From Candidatus Bathyarchaeia archaeon (GTDB taxonomy: Archaea > Thermoproteota > Bathyarchaeia > Bathyarchaeales > Bathycorpusculaceae), in the NCBI GenBank assembly GCA_038883855.1, contig JAVZLH010000004.1, positions 31,150 through 95,149 of the forward strand: DNA of 64,000 nucleotides, given 5' to 3'. The notes under the pieces were generated by a model that saw only the letters and a program-made list of their open reading frames with translations, had not been told where the DNA came from and ran no database searches. The position numbers and the translations under genes are program-made. Positions 1 to 8,549 of the stretch are shown in pieces (position 1 is the stretch's first letter; each line of letters opens with the position of its first letter).

Positions 1-324
1 GAGGAAACTTTAAGGCGAGAGGTGGAAAAGGCGGATATACTTGTGAATGCCACAGCAGTTGGAATGGCGCCAAAAATAGATGAGACTCCCGTTGACATGA
101 AACTTTTGCATTCAAACCTAACAGTCTTTGATTTGGTATACAACCCGCCAGAAACCCGACTTCTGAAAGAAGCTAAGGCCATGGGAGCAAAAACTGTGGA
201 TGGAATTTGTATGCTTGTTCACCAAGGGGCTTTATCCTTCCAAATATGGACTGGCAGAAAGGCGCCAATTGACGTGATGACACGCGCCTGCAAAAGAGCC
301 TTAAGAACTTTAAGAGGCGAGTAG
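1..324 (+). CDS. aroE: Shikimate dehydrogenase, C-terminal part (5' end outside window)
   Basis: Frame is open from base 1. It has the NATAVGM, DLVYNPPET and DGICMLVHQGALSFQIWTG motifs and leads an aro cluster. Confidence 0.93.
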   Translation, partial: EETLRREVEKADILVNATAVGMAPKIDETPVDMKLLHSNLTVFDLVYNPPETRLLKEAKAMGAKTVDGICMLVHQGALSFQIWTGRKAPIDVMTRACKRALRTLRGE

Positions 325-327
325 GCG

Positions 328-1194
328 ATGATTGGAAAAGCCATAGCCCATGGAGCAGTAACAATAGTTAACGCAATCGCCTGCGGTTTCGGAGCAGCTT
401 TAGGCGTGAAACTATGGACCAAAGCCACAGTAAAATTAACCGACAACCCAGGAAAGATTGAGGGGAGAATAATTTCTGACCCCAGTGAAAATCCAAGCTT
501 AATGGTGGAGACTGTAAAACAGGTTTTGAACTATTTGAAACTGGAAAAGGTGTATGGTGCTTATGTGGAGACCGAATCCAACATACCAGTTGCAAGGGGG
601 TTGAAAAGCAGCAGTGTAGCAGCCAACGCCGTAGCATTAGCCACCTTCGCAGCGTTAAAGAAGGAAGTTGACGATTTGACCGTTGTAAAATTGGGAGTGA
701 AAGCCGCCATAAACGCTAAAGTCACGATAACAGGAGCTTTTGACGATGCATGCGCATCTTACTTTGGAAACATAGCCGTGACAGATAACAAAGCCATGAA
801 AATAATGAAGTTCTCTGAGGTTGAAGGCGAATACGAGGTTTTGATTCACGTTCCACAAGAGAAACGGTACACTGCAAGCATCAACGTTAAAGAAACAAAG
901 GCAATAGCCAGAGAAGTGAAGGCAATTCACAGACTAGTCCTTAATGGAGATTACTGGACTGCAATGACCCTTAATGGCTTGGCGTATTCCGCAGTTTTTG
1001 GCTACGACCCAAAAATAGCCTTAGAAGCTCTTGTGAATGGGGCGGTGGCTGCTGGCTTGTCTGGAACCGGACCCGCAGTAGCTGCCATAGTTCCAAAAGA
1101 AAGTGCTGGCAAAGTTGCTGAAGCATGGCGGAAACATGGCGGAACGATAATTAAAACGGAGATTAACCGTGAAAAGGCGCATGTTTTGAGGTGA
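328..1194 (+). CDS. aroK: Archaeal (GHMP-family) shikimate kinase
   Basis: N-terminal GAVTIVNAIACG, GHMP loop IPVARGLKSSS, TGAFDDACAS and GLSGTGP; aro operon context. Confidence 0.93.
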   Translation: MIGKAIAHGAVTIVNAIACGFGAALGVKLWTKATVKLTDNPGKIEGRIISDPSENPSLMVETVKQVLNYLKLEKVYGAYVETESNIPVARGLKSSSVAANAVALATFAALKKEVDDLTVVKLGVKAAINAKVTITGAFDDACASYFGNIAVTDNKAMKIMKFSEVEGEYEVLIHVPQEKRYTASINVKETKAIAREVKAIHRLVLNGDYWTAMTLNGLAYSAVFGYDPKIALEALVNGAVAAGLSGTGPAVAAIVPKESAGKVAEAWRKHGGTIIKTEINREKAHVLR

Positions 1195-1198
1195 AAGT

Positions 1199-2497
1199 TT
1201 GGCGACGCTAACTGTGAAGAAAACTGAAAGGCTGGAAGGGACTGTAAGGGCTCCGCCTTCAAAGGCTTACACTCATAGGGCTGTTATAGCAGCTTCGCTT
1301 TCTAAAGGAAAATCGGTGATAAAGTATCCATTGAGGTGCAGCGATACAGAAGCCACGATTAAGGCGTGTTCAATGTTGGGCGCCAAAATAAAATGGAGCG
1401 AGAAAGAAAAAGCGTTAACTGTTGAGGGATTTTCAAAGCCCAAAACCCCAGACAACATCATTGACTGTCGAGGTTCAGGCTCAACAATAAGGTTTCTAGC
1501 CTCTGTTTGCGCTTTGGCTGAGGGTGCATCTGTTTTAACCGGAAACAAAAGCTTGAGAAGGAGACCTATGCAACCTTTAATTGACGCTTTAAACCAGCTT
1601 GGAACACACTGTTTTAGCGCTAGAAATGATGGGAAACCGCCGATAATTGTTCTCGGCGGAGGGGTTAAGGGCGGTGAAGCCTCGCTTGTTGGGAATGTAA
1701 GTTCACAGTTCATCTCCAGCCTTCTTTTTGCTGCTCCAAAGGCTGAAAAGGAGACTAGGATAGAGGTTAATACGCCTCTTGAATCCAAATCTTACGTGGA
1801 AATGACGTTGAACACGCTTAAAGCACACAAAATAAAAGTTGAATACTCTCAGAGTTTTGACTGCTTCAGCGTGCCATGCAATCAAGAGTATATGCCTACA
1901 AGCCACGTTATAGAGGGCGATTACTCGTCAGCCGCCTTTCTTCTGGCAGCTGCAAGCATAACAAACTCTAAAGTTATGGTAACAGGCTTGAAAAAAGAGA
2001 CTCTTCAAGGCGACAAAATAATAGTGGACATCATTAGGAGGATGGGCGTAGCCGTAAGCTCAGCTGAAGATGGCATAGAAGTTTCTGGAAGCGGCGAAGC
2101 GCTTAAGCCAATTAATGTTGATTTGAGGGATTCGCCCGATTTAGTTCCCATATGCGCTGTGTTGGCATGTTTTGCTAAGGGAGAAAGCGTCATTAGTGGA
2201 GTTGAAAGGCTGCGTTTTAAAGAGTCTGATAGGCTTGTGGCGTTGGCTTCTGAATTGGGTAAGATGGGAGCGAAAATTACGGTGAGCGAAAACTCTATGG
2301 TAATTGAGGGTGGCGCAAAGCTTCGAGGCGCTCATGTGTTTTCTCACAGAGACCATAGGATAGCTATGGCTTGTGTTGTTGCAGCTTTAGGCGCTGAAGG
2401 CGAAATAGTTATTCACGGAATAGAATGTATTAAAAAGTCGTATCCAAACTTTGTTGAAGACTTAAAGAGTTTAGGGGGAAAGTTGTTTGTCTGGTAA
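1199..2497 (+). CDS. aroA: 3-phosphoshikimate 1-carboxyvinyltransferase (EPSP synthase)
   Basis: PPSKAYTHRA, SLRRRPM, SSQFISSLL, RFKESDRL, DHRIAMA and KSYPNF motifs; TTG start. Confidence 0.96.
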   Translation: MATLTVKKTERLEGTVRAPPSKAYTHRAVIAASLSKGKSVIKYPLRCSDTEATIKACSMLGAKIKWSEKEKALTVEGFSKPKTPDNIIDCRGSGSTIRFLASVCALAEGASVLTGNKSLRRRPMQPLIDALNQLGTHCFSARNDGKPPIIVLGGGVKGGEASLVGNVSSQFISSLLFAAPKAEKETRIEVNTPLESKSYVEMTLNTLKAHKIKVEYSQSFDCFSVPCNQEYMPTSHVIEGDYSSAAFLLAAASITNSKVMVTGLKKETLQGDKIIVDIIRRMGVAVSSAEDGIEVSGSGEALKPINVDLRDSPDLVPICAVLACFAKGESVISGVERLRFKESDRLVALASELGKMGAKITVSENSMVIEGGAKLRGAHVFSHRDHRIAMACVVAALGAEGEIVIHGIECIKKSYPNFVEDLKSLGGKLFVW

Positions 2498-3599
2498 CTC
2501 TTTCGGAAAAGCCTTTGTAATTACGTGTTTCGGAGAAAGCCATGGAAAATGCGTGGGAGTAGTAATTGACGGGTGTCCAGCGGGGTTACCGCTTTCCGAA
2601 AAAGACATTCAAACAGAACTGGACAAGAGAAGACCAGGCGCATCCAGAATTAGCACACCCAGAGCAGAGGAAGACAAAGCCGAAATCCTCTCCGGAGTTT
2701 TTGGCGGATACACGACTGGTGCACCCATATGTATTGTTGTTTGGAACAAGGATGTGGATTCTGAACCCTACGAAAGGTTGAGGAGTAAGCTTAGACCCGG
2801 ACATGCGGATTACGCTGCCCATCTCAGATACAGCGGGTTTAATGATTATAGGGGTGGTGGGCGTTTTTCTGGGCGCATAACCGCCGCGTATGTTATGGCT
2901 GGAGCGGTAGCCAAAAAACTATTGGAAACTGTTGGTGTGGAGGTTTTGGCGCACACTGTTCAAATAGGTTCAATAGAAGTTTCAAAGAAGATTTCATACG
3001 ATGAAATTAGGAAGAACGTTTACGGGAATGATGTTAGATGCGCAGACCCGCAAGCGGCTGCTCTAATGGAGAAAGAAATTTTGAAAGTTAAAAGCGAAGG
3101 GGACAGCCTAGGCGGAGTGGTTGAGTGCATAGCGCTCAATTATCCCGCTGGTGTGGGCGACCCCATATTTGATTCTTTGGATGCAGACATAGCGAAAATA
3201 ATGTTTGACATTCCCGGCGTGAAGGGCGTTGAAATCGGTGCTGGTTTTAACGCGGCATCTATGAAAGGCTCAGAAAACAACGATGCATTTCGAATAAGAA
3301 ATGGCAAGATAGTTACGGAAACTAATAATTGTGGTGGGATTTTGGGCGGCTTGTCTAACGGCATGCCTATAGTGGCTAGAGTAGCGTTTAAGCCAACCTC
3401 TTCAATTCTTAAAAGGCAGAGAACTGTGGATATTGAACGTATGGAAGAGGTTGAGTTGAAGCTTTCTGGAAGGCATGACCCTTGCATTGTGCCCAGAGCG
3501 GTTCCAGTTGTTGAATCCTGCATGGCTGTAGTGCTGGTTGACCATGCCATTAGGCTTGGAAAAATTTCGCCAACGAGCATTTCCTCTCCAAAAGTTTGA
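2487..3599 (+). CDS. aroC: Chorismate synthase
   Basis: GESHG, RPGHAD, GGGRFSGR, FKPTSSI and GRHDPC motifs. Confidence 0.97.
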   Translation: MSGNSFGKAFVITCFGESHGKCVGVVIDGCPAGLPLSEKDIQTELDKRRPGASRISTPRAEEDKAEILSGVFGGYTTGAPICIVVWNKDVDSEPYERLRSKLRPGHADYAAHLRYSGFNDYRGGGRFSGRITAAYVMAGAVAKKLLETVGVEVLAHTVQIGSIEVSKKISYDEIRKNVYGNDVRCADPQAAALMEKEILKVKSEGDSLGGVVECIALNYPAGVGDPIFDSLDADIAKIMFDIPGVKGVEIGAGFNAASMKGSENNDAFRIRNGKIVTETNNCGGILGGLSNGMPIVARVAFKPTSSILKRQRTVDIERMEEVELKLSGRHDPCIVPRAVPVVESCMAVVLVDHAIRLGKISPTSISSPKV

Positions 3600-3671
3600 C
3601 GAGAGAAAGTTTAAAACTTTTTAATATTAGGTTGTGCTTTTAGGGTTTGTGACAGGGGGCTGTGTAACATA

Positions 3672-4154
3672 ATGGGTGGTAAGGTTGTTGTATTGATGGC
3701 TTCGGAGAAGGATTTGGATTTTTGCCGTGAAATAGCCAAGCACTTGAAGGTTTTTGGGTTGGATTTTGTTTTTCGTGTGGCTTCTGCCCATAAAACTCCG
3801 GAGAAGGTTTTGGAGATTCTGCGGGAGTTTGAAGAGGAAAACGTTGTTTACATAACTGTTGCTGGAAAGTCTAATGCTTTAAGCGCTTTTGTTGACGCGA
3901 ACACGGCGAAGCCTGTTATTGCTTGTCCGCCTTATTCTGAAAAGTTTGGTGGAGCAGACATCTACTCTTCGTTAAGGGTTCCGAGCGGGATAGGCGTGGT
4001 TGTGACTGTTGAGCCTGAAGGCGCTGCTGTGGCTGCTGCGAAGATTTTTGCTGTTGAAGATAAGGCGTTGGCGAAGCGTGTTAAGGAATATCAATTAGCA
4101 AAGAAAAAAGAGATTGAGAAGGCTGATGAGAGTATTAGGAAATTGAGTGTATAG
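3672..4154 (+). CDS. purE: AIR carboxylase PurE (class II-like signature)
   Basis: RVASAHKTP, VAGKSNALS and PVIACPP motifs; directly upstream of purC. Confidence 0.9.
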   Translation: MGGKVVVLMASEKDLDFCREIAKHLKVFGLDFVFRVASAHKTPEKVLEILREFEEENVVYITVAGKSNALSAFVDANTAKPVIACPPYSEKFGGADIYSSLRVPSGIGVVVTVEPEGAAVAAAKIFAVEDKALAKRVKEYQLAKKKEIEKADESIRKLSV

Positions 4155-4156
4155 TC

Positions 4157-5209
4157 ATGGGAAGTGTCAAAGACCTAGAAGTGATTAAGAAGCCTACTCG
4201 CACCAAAATGGGCGTTGGACGCTTTCATTTTTCCGACCGTTACTCAGTTTTTGACTGGGGTGAGATGCCAGACCACATTGAAGGGAAAGGCGCAGCCCTA
4301 TGCCTTATGGGCGCTTACTGTTTTGAGAGGCTTGAGGAGAAAGGGATTAGAACGCATTATCGCGGGCTGGTTGATGTAAATGGTAAAGTTGTGCGTTTTG
4401 ACGAGTTAAAACAAGCCACTAATGTTATGGAGATTAACCTTGTCAACGTGTATAAGCCTAAGGCACATGTGGAGGATGGCAAACTCGTTTATGATTACAG
4501 CGTTTACACGCCGAAACTGAGGAACTTCCTAATCCCGCTTGAAATAATTTACCGTAACGGCCTGCCAGAAGGCTCTTCGGTTTTTAAGCGGCTTGAGCAG
4601 GGATTGGTGACGCTTGAAGAGTTGGGGTTAGACCATTATCCGCGGGCTGGCGAAAGATTGGCTAAGCCCATTTTTGATGTAAGCACGAAGCTTGAGATGG
4701 GAGACCGTTATGTGAGCTGGAAAGAAGCGCAACAAATTGCTGGTTTGACCGACGGCGAACTGGAAGAGGTTAAAAGAATGCTTCTGAAAGTTAATGAGAC
4801 GATTACTGAAATAGCCGCTAAGGCGGATTTGGTTAACGAGGATGGGAAGATTGAGTTGGCTTTTGACCCGCAGAAAAGGCTTATGGTTGTTGATGTTGTG
4901 GGCACGTTGGACGAGTGCAGATTCACTTATAACGGGTTGCATGTGAGCAAAGAAATAGCACGCATATACTATAGAAAAACGGAGTGGGCTAAGGAAGTAG
5001 AAGAGGCGAAGAAGAAAGCGAAAGAACAAGGCGTAGAAGACTGGAAGAAACTAGTGAAAACGAAGCCTCCAAAGCTAGACCCAAAATTAAAAACATTAAT
5101 AAGCCAAATGTACATGGCAACAGCAAATGAAATGACAAACCGCAAACTATTTGACGTGCCAAACCTTGCAGAAATCATGGAGAAGTATAGGAGCATGAAA
5201 GCTGAATGA
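4157..5209 (+). CDS. purC: SAICAR synthetase (long archaeal type)
   Basis: MGSVKD, FSDRYSVFDWG, DGKIELAF and DVVGTLDECRF motifs. Confidence 0.94.
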   Translation: MGSVKDLEVIKKPTRTKMGVGRFHFSDRYSVFDWGEMPDHIEGKGAALCLMGAYCFERLEEKGIRTHYRGLVDVNGKVVRFDELKQATNVMEINLVNVYKPKAHVEDGKLVYDYSVYTPKLRNFLIPLEIIYRNGLPEGSSVFKRLEQGLVTLEELGLDHYPRAGERLAKPIFDVSTKLEMGDRYVSWKEAQQIAGLTDGELEEVKRMLLKVNETITEIAAKADLVNEDGKIELAFDPQKRLMVVDVVGTLDECRFTYNGLHVSKEIARIYYRKTEWAKEVEEAKKKAKEQGVEDWKKLVKTKPPKLDPKLKTLISQMYMATANEMTNRKLFDVPNLAEIMEKYRSMKAE

Positions 5210-6306
5210 TTGGCAAAAACACTGTTAGAAAGATAATAGCGGAGTATGATGTAAAAAACATTAGAGTAGGCGTCCTAGGTTCGCATTCTGCACTTGAAAT
5301 TGCACATGGTGCGAAAGAAGAGGGCTTTGAAACGGTAGTAGTTTGCCAAAAAGGACGCGAGAAAACCTATACCCAACATTACCGCAACCTTTTCAACCAT
5401 GCGCTCTTGCTGGACAGATTCATCGACATCATGCAAGTTGAAATTCTTGAAAAACTAAGAGCCCTAAACACAATCTTCGTGCCCAACCGCTCCTTTTCAG
5501 TTTATGTTGGTTACGAAAACATCGAGAAACGTTTCACCGTGCCCATCATGGGAAACCGTTTTATGCTCAAAACCGAAGAACGCAACGTTCCCAGAAACCA
5601 GTATTACTTACTGCAAAAGGCGGGAATAACCACACCTAAAATTTTCAAGCGTTACACCGAAATAGACCGCTTAGCTATAGTAAAAGTTCCGGAAAAAGAG
5701 CGCAATATTGAAAGAGCCTTCTTCTATGCCTCTTCCCCAGAAGAATTTAAGAAGAAGGCGGAAGAACGCATCAGCAAGGGCATAATAAGTAGAGAAGCCC
5801 TTGAAAAAGCCGTGATAGAAGAGTATGTTATCGGAGCGAAATTTAATGCAAACTTTTTCTGGTCGCCTTTAACAGATGAAATAGACCTTTTAGGATTTGA
5901 CAGAAGAATACAGACGGATCTAGACGGAATTTTAGACTTACCAGCAGCAGAACAGTTGGAACTGAGAATAGCTACACAAAACATTGAAATAGGACACATA
6001 GGCGTAACCATGCGAGAAAGTCAGCTAGAAAAAATATTTGAAGCTGGAGAACGCTTCGTCGAAACATGCAAGAAGGAGTATCCCCCGGGAATTATTGGAT
6101 TGTTTGCACTGCAAGGCGCCGTTACAAAAGACTTAGAATTTTATGTTTTTGACGTCAGTCCCCGTGTTCCAGGATGCCCATGTGTAGAGCCCACATCACC
6201 ATACATGAAATACAAGTACGGTGTGGAAGTAGGTCCCGGAAGAAGGATTGCAATGGAAATAAAGCGGGCTGTTAGAGAGGATAGGCTTGAGGACATTGTA
6301 ACATGA
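5206..6306 (+). CDS. PurP-like ATP-grasp protein (formate-AICAR ligase family paralog)
   Basis: LGSHSALEI, GAKEEGF and PPGIIGLFALQ motifs; lacks the glycine-rich GGRGYF loop present in the next gene. Confidence 0.88.
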   Translation: MIGKNTVRKIIAEYDVKNIRVGVLGSHSALEIAHGAKEEGFETVVVCQKGREKTYTQHYRNLFNHALLLDRFIDIMQVEILEKLRALNTIFVPNRSFSVYVGYENIEKRFTVPIMGNRFMLKTEERNVPRNQYYLLQKAGITTPKIFKRYTEIDRLAIVKVPEKERNIERAFFYASSPEEFKKKAEERISKGIISREALEKAVIEEYVIGAKFNANFFWSPLTDEIDLLGFDRRIQTDLDGILDLPAAEQLELRIATQNIEIGHIGVTMRESQLEKIFEAGERFVETCKKEYPPGIIGLFALQGAVTKDLEFYVFDVSPRVPGCPCVEPTSPYMKYKYGVEVGPGRRIAMEIKRAVREDRLEDIVT

Positions 6307-7388
6307 TAACAAAAGAAGAAATAAATCAGCTAATAAGCCGCTACGATTCAAAAAAGTTGGCTATCGGCACAATCGGCTCCCACTCAGCCTTAAATATCTT
6401 TAAGGGAGCAAAGGAAGAGGGGTTCAGAACGGTCTGTATCTGCAAAGAAAAAGACCTTATAGTTTACAAGAAATTTCCGCTTGTAGACGAATTTATAATT
6501 GTGGGAGATTTCACTGAAATTTTAAAGGACGATGTGCAGGAAAAGCTGAGGAAACTGAACACTGTGATTGTTCCCCACGGGTCTTTCACAGCCTACCTAA
6601 GCACTGAAGAATTGACTGACCGCTTCTACGTGCCCATGTTCGGAAACCGCCAACTTCTCCATTGGGAGGCAAACCGTGAAAAACAGGCAGAATGGCTAAG
6701 GAGAGCAGGGCTTAAACTGCCTAAAACTTTCAAAAGCCCGGAGGAAATAAACTGTTTAGCCATAGCGAAACTTCCTGGAGCAAGAGGGGGGAGAGGCTAT
6801 TTTTTGGCTAACTCGCCTGAAACTTTTAACAAAAAGGTTAAGGAGATGGTCAGCCGCGGTTTACTCAACAAAGAAGACGTAAAAAGGATACATTTGCAGG
6901 AATATGTTTTAGGCGTGAACGTTTACCCACATTACTTCTCGTCGATAGTGAATGGCGATGTGGAGTTCTTCGGAGTTGACAAACGCTACGAGTCAACAGT
7001 CGACGCCATTGGGCGAGTGCCGGCAAGCGAACAATTAGAATTAGGCGTAATCCCAACATACACGATTGTAGGCAACTTTCCCCTAACACTTCGCGAATCC
7101 ATTCTGCCAGAACTACTACGCATGGGCGATAATGTGCAAGAAACAGCGAAAAACCTCGCCCCGCCAGGCATAATAGGACCGTTCTGTTTAGAAACAGTCA
7201 TTACCGACAACTTGGAAATCTACACTTTTGAAATTTCAGCGCGCATCGTCGCAGGGACGAACGTTGGAATTGGAACATCACCGTACGCCTATCTAAAATA
7301 TGGCGAGAAAATGTATACTGGTAGAAGAATAGCTTTGGAGATTAAGGAAGCCTTAAAGAAAAGGCGAATCCAAGATGTAGTGGCGTAA
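6303..7388 (+). CDS. purP: Formate--phosphoribosylaminoimidazolecarboxamide ligase
   Basis: IGSHSALNI, PHGSF, GARGGRGYF, GPFCLET and FEISARIVAGTN motifs. Confidence 0.92.
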   Translation: MITKEEINQLISRYDSKKLAIGTIGSHSALNIFKGAKEEGFRTVCICKEKDLIVYKKFPLVDEFIIVGDFTEILKDDVQEKLRKLNTVIVPHGSFTAYLSTEELTDRFYVPMFGNRQLLHWEANREKQAEWLRRAGLKLPKTFKSPEEINCLAIAKLPGARGGRGYFLANSPETFNKKVKEMVSRGLLNKEDVKRIHLQEYVLGVNVYPHYFSSIVNGDVEFFGVDKRYESTVDAIGRVPASEQLELGVIPTYTIVGNFPLTLRESILPELLRMGDNVQETAKNLAPPGIIGPFCLETVITDNLEIYTFEISARIVAGTNVGIGTSPYAYLKYGEKMYTGRRIALEIKEALKKRRIQDVVA

Positions 7389-7510
7389 ACTTAAGCTTGA
7401 CCGCTGTAAAAGAATTAGAATTTATTTCTAGAATTTTCTTCTATCCTAATTTTCCATATGAGGTTATAAGGTTTGATGGGAAAAACGGGTTTGGGGAAGG
7501 GAAGGGAGAG

Positions 7511-7696
7511 TTGGGAGAAGAATCCTTCGGCTGGATTTTTGTGGATTTTGTTCCCCTACTTTATGAAAGGAGAAGGGTTGCAAGACAATTCCAAATTGAG
7601 ATGTGGCTTGACCTTGCCCAACTTGTTAAGGAATTGGGCATCGAAAAAACAAAAGAACTATCACGAAACAACCAGCCGGTAAGCTACATAATTTAG
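7511..7696 (+). CDS. Possible small hypothetical protein (~61 aa)
   Basis: TTG at 7511 follows an RBS-like GGGAGAG and is in frame with the 7397..7696 ORF. It fills the gap between purP and the kinase. No recognisable motif. Confidence 0.35.
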   Translation: MGEESFGWIFVDFVPLLYERRRVARQFQIEMWLDLAQLVKELGIEKTKELSRNNQPVSYII

Positions 7697-8460
7697 AGCT
7701 TGCAAACCTCCAGAACCCTTTTAAAGCTTTCGCGACTTCTGCTGGCTTTATAGGCTCGCAAAGCTTGAATAATTGCTGTTTTATCTCTTTCACCGAGTTT
7801 TTCAGCAACTTTTTCCGCAACAGCTCCGCTTATGAACAAAAACTGGCAAATTGACGTAACATTTGCTGGTTTACGGTTTAAGCTGGCGGTTTCAAAGTCG
7901 ACAATAAACGGTTTCCCAAATCTATCTACAATAACGTGTTTGGGAGCGCGGCTAAGTTCCCCATGGTCCAAACCAGCCTCATCTAAACGCCAACACTGTT
8001 CCAAAACTTCACGTAAAACACGCTTGACCTCAGCCCTTTCTCTGGGCGCTTCAAGCCATTTCGGAAGTAAATCGCCCTCAACAAACGGCATTAAAAGAAA
8101 GTTTTTACTCACACCTAAAAATTTTGGTCCAACACCCACCGAGTTCGCTTTCTTAATCATTTCTGCCTCATGCTGCATTCTGGAGCGGTCAGCGTCAACC
8201 CTACGAATTTTAACAGCCAACTTTTCGCGCCCTTTGTAGGCTATTACAACTATGCCAACACATCCTTTCCCCAAAACTTTTAGGTTAAAAGCTTCCTTTT
8301 CCCCAACGAATTCTATGGCTTCTATGCCGAGCCTTTGCAGTTCTTTTAGGCGTTTGTTTAGTTCGGCTCTGCAAGGTTTTGGGTAGCATATTACTGAGGC
8401 GAAGGGTTCCTGCCAAAGCCCTTCAAGAGCCACTTTCACTTTTACCCTATCCCCTAACAA
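7693..8460 (-). CDS. RIO-like/COG2112-type atypical Ser/Thr protein kinase
   Basis: LGKGCVGIV P-loop, AVK lysine, HGELS catalytic-loop variant and IVDFETAS. Confidence 0.85.
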   Translation of the reverse strand: MLGDRVKVKVALEGLWQEPFASVICYPKPCRAELNKRLKELQRLGIEAIEFVGEKEAFNLKVLGKGCVGIVVIAYKGREKLAVKIRRVDADRSRMQHEAEMIKKANSVGVGPKFLGVSKNFLLMPFVEGDLLPKWLEAPRERAEVKRVLREVLEQCWRLDEAGLDHGELSRAPKHVIVDRFGKPFIVDFETASLNRKPANVTSICQFLFISGAVAEKVAEKLGERDKTAIIQALRAYKASRSRESFKRVLEVCKL

Positions 8461-8549
8461 CTCAGCAAGTGAAAGGCTTTTAAGCGTTCCATAAATTTGT
8501 CTCTTAGCACTTCAATAATTGTATAGATGAAACTGGAGATATCACCTTT

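Noticed and set aside
7397-7696. Programmed frameshift between overlapping ORFs 7397..7696 and 7473..7682
   Set aside because: Neither frame has recognisable homology and no convincing slippery site was seen; a single short ORF is simpler.
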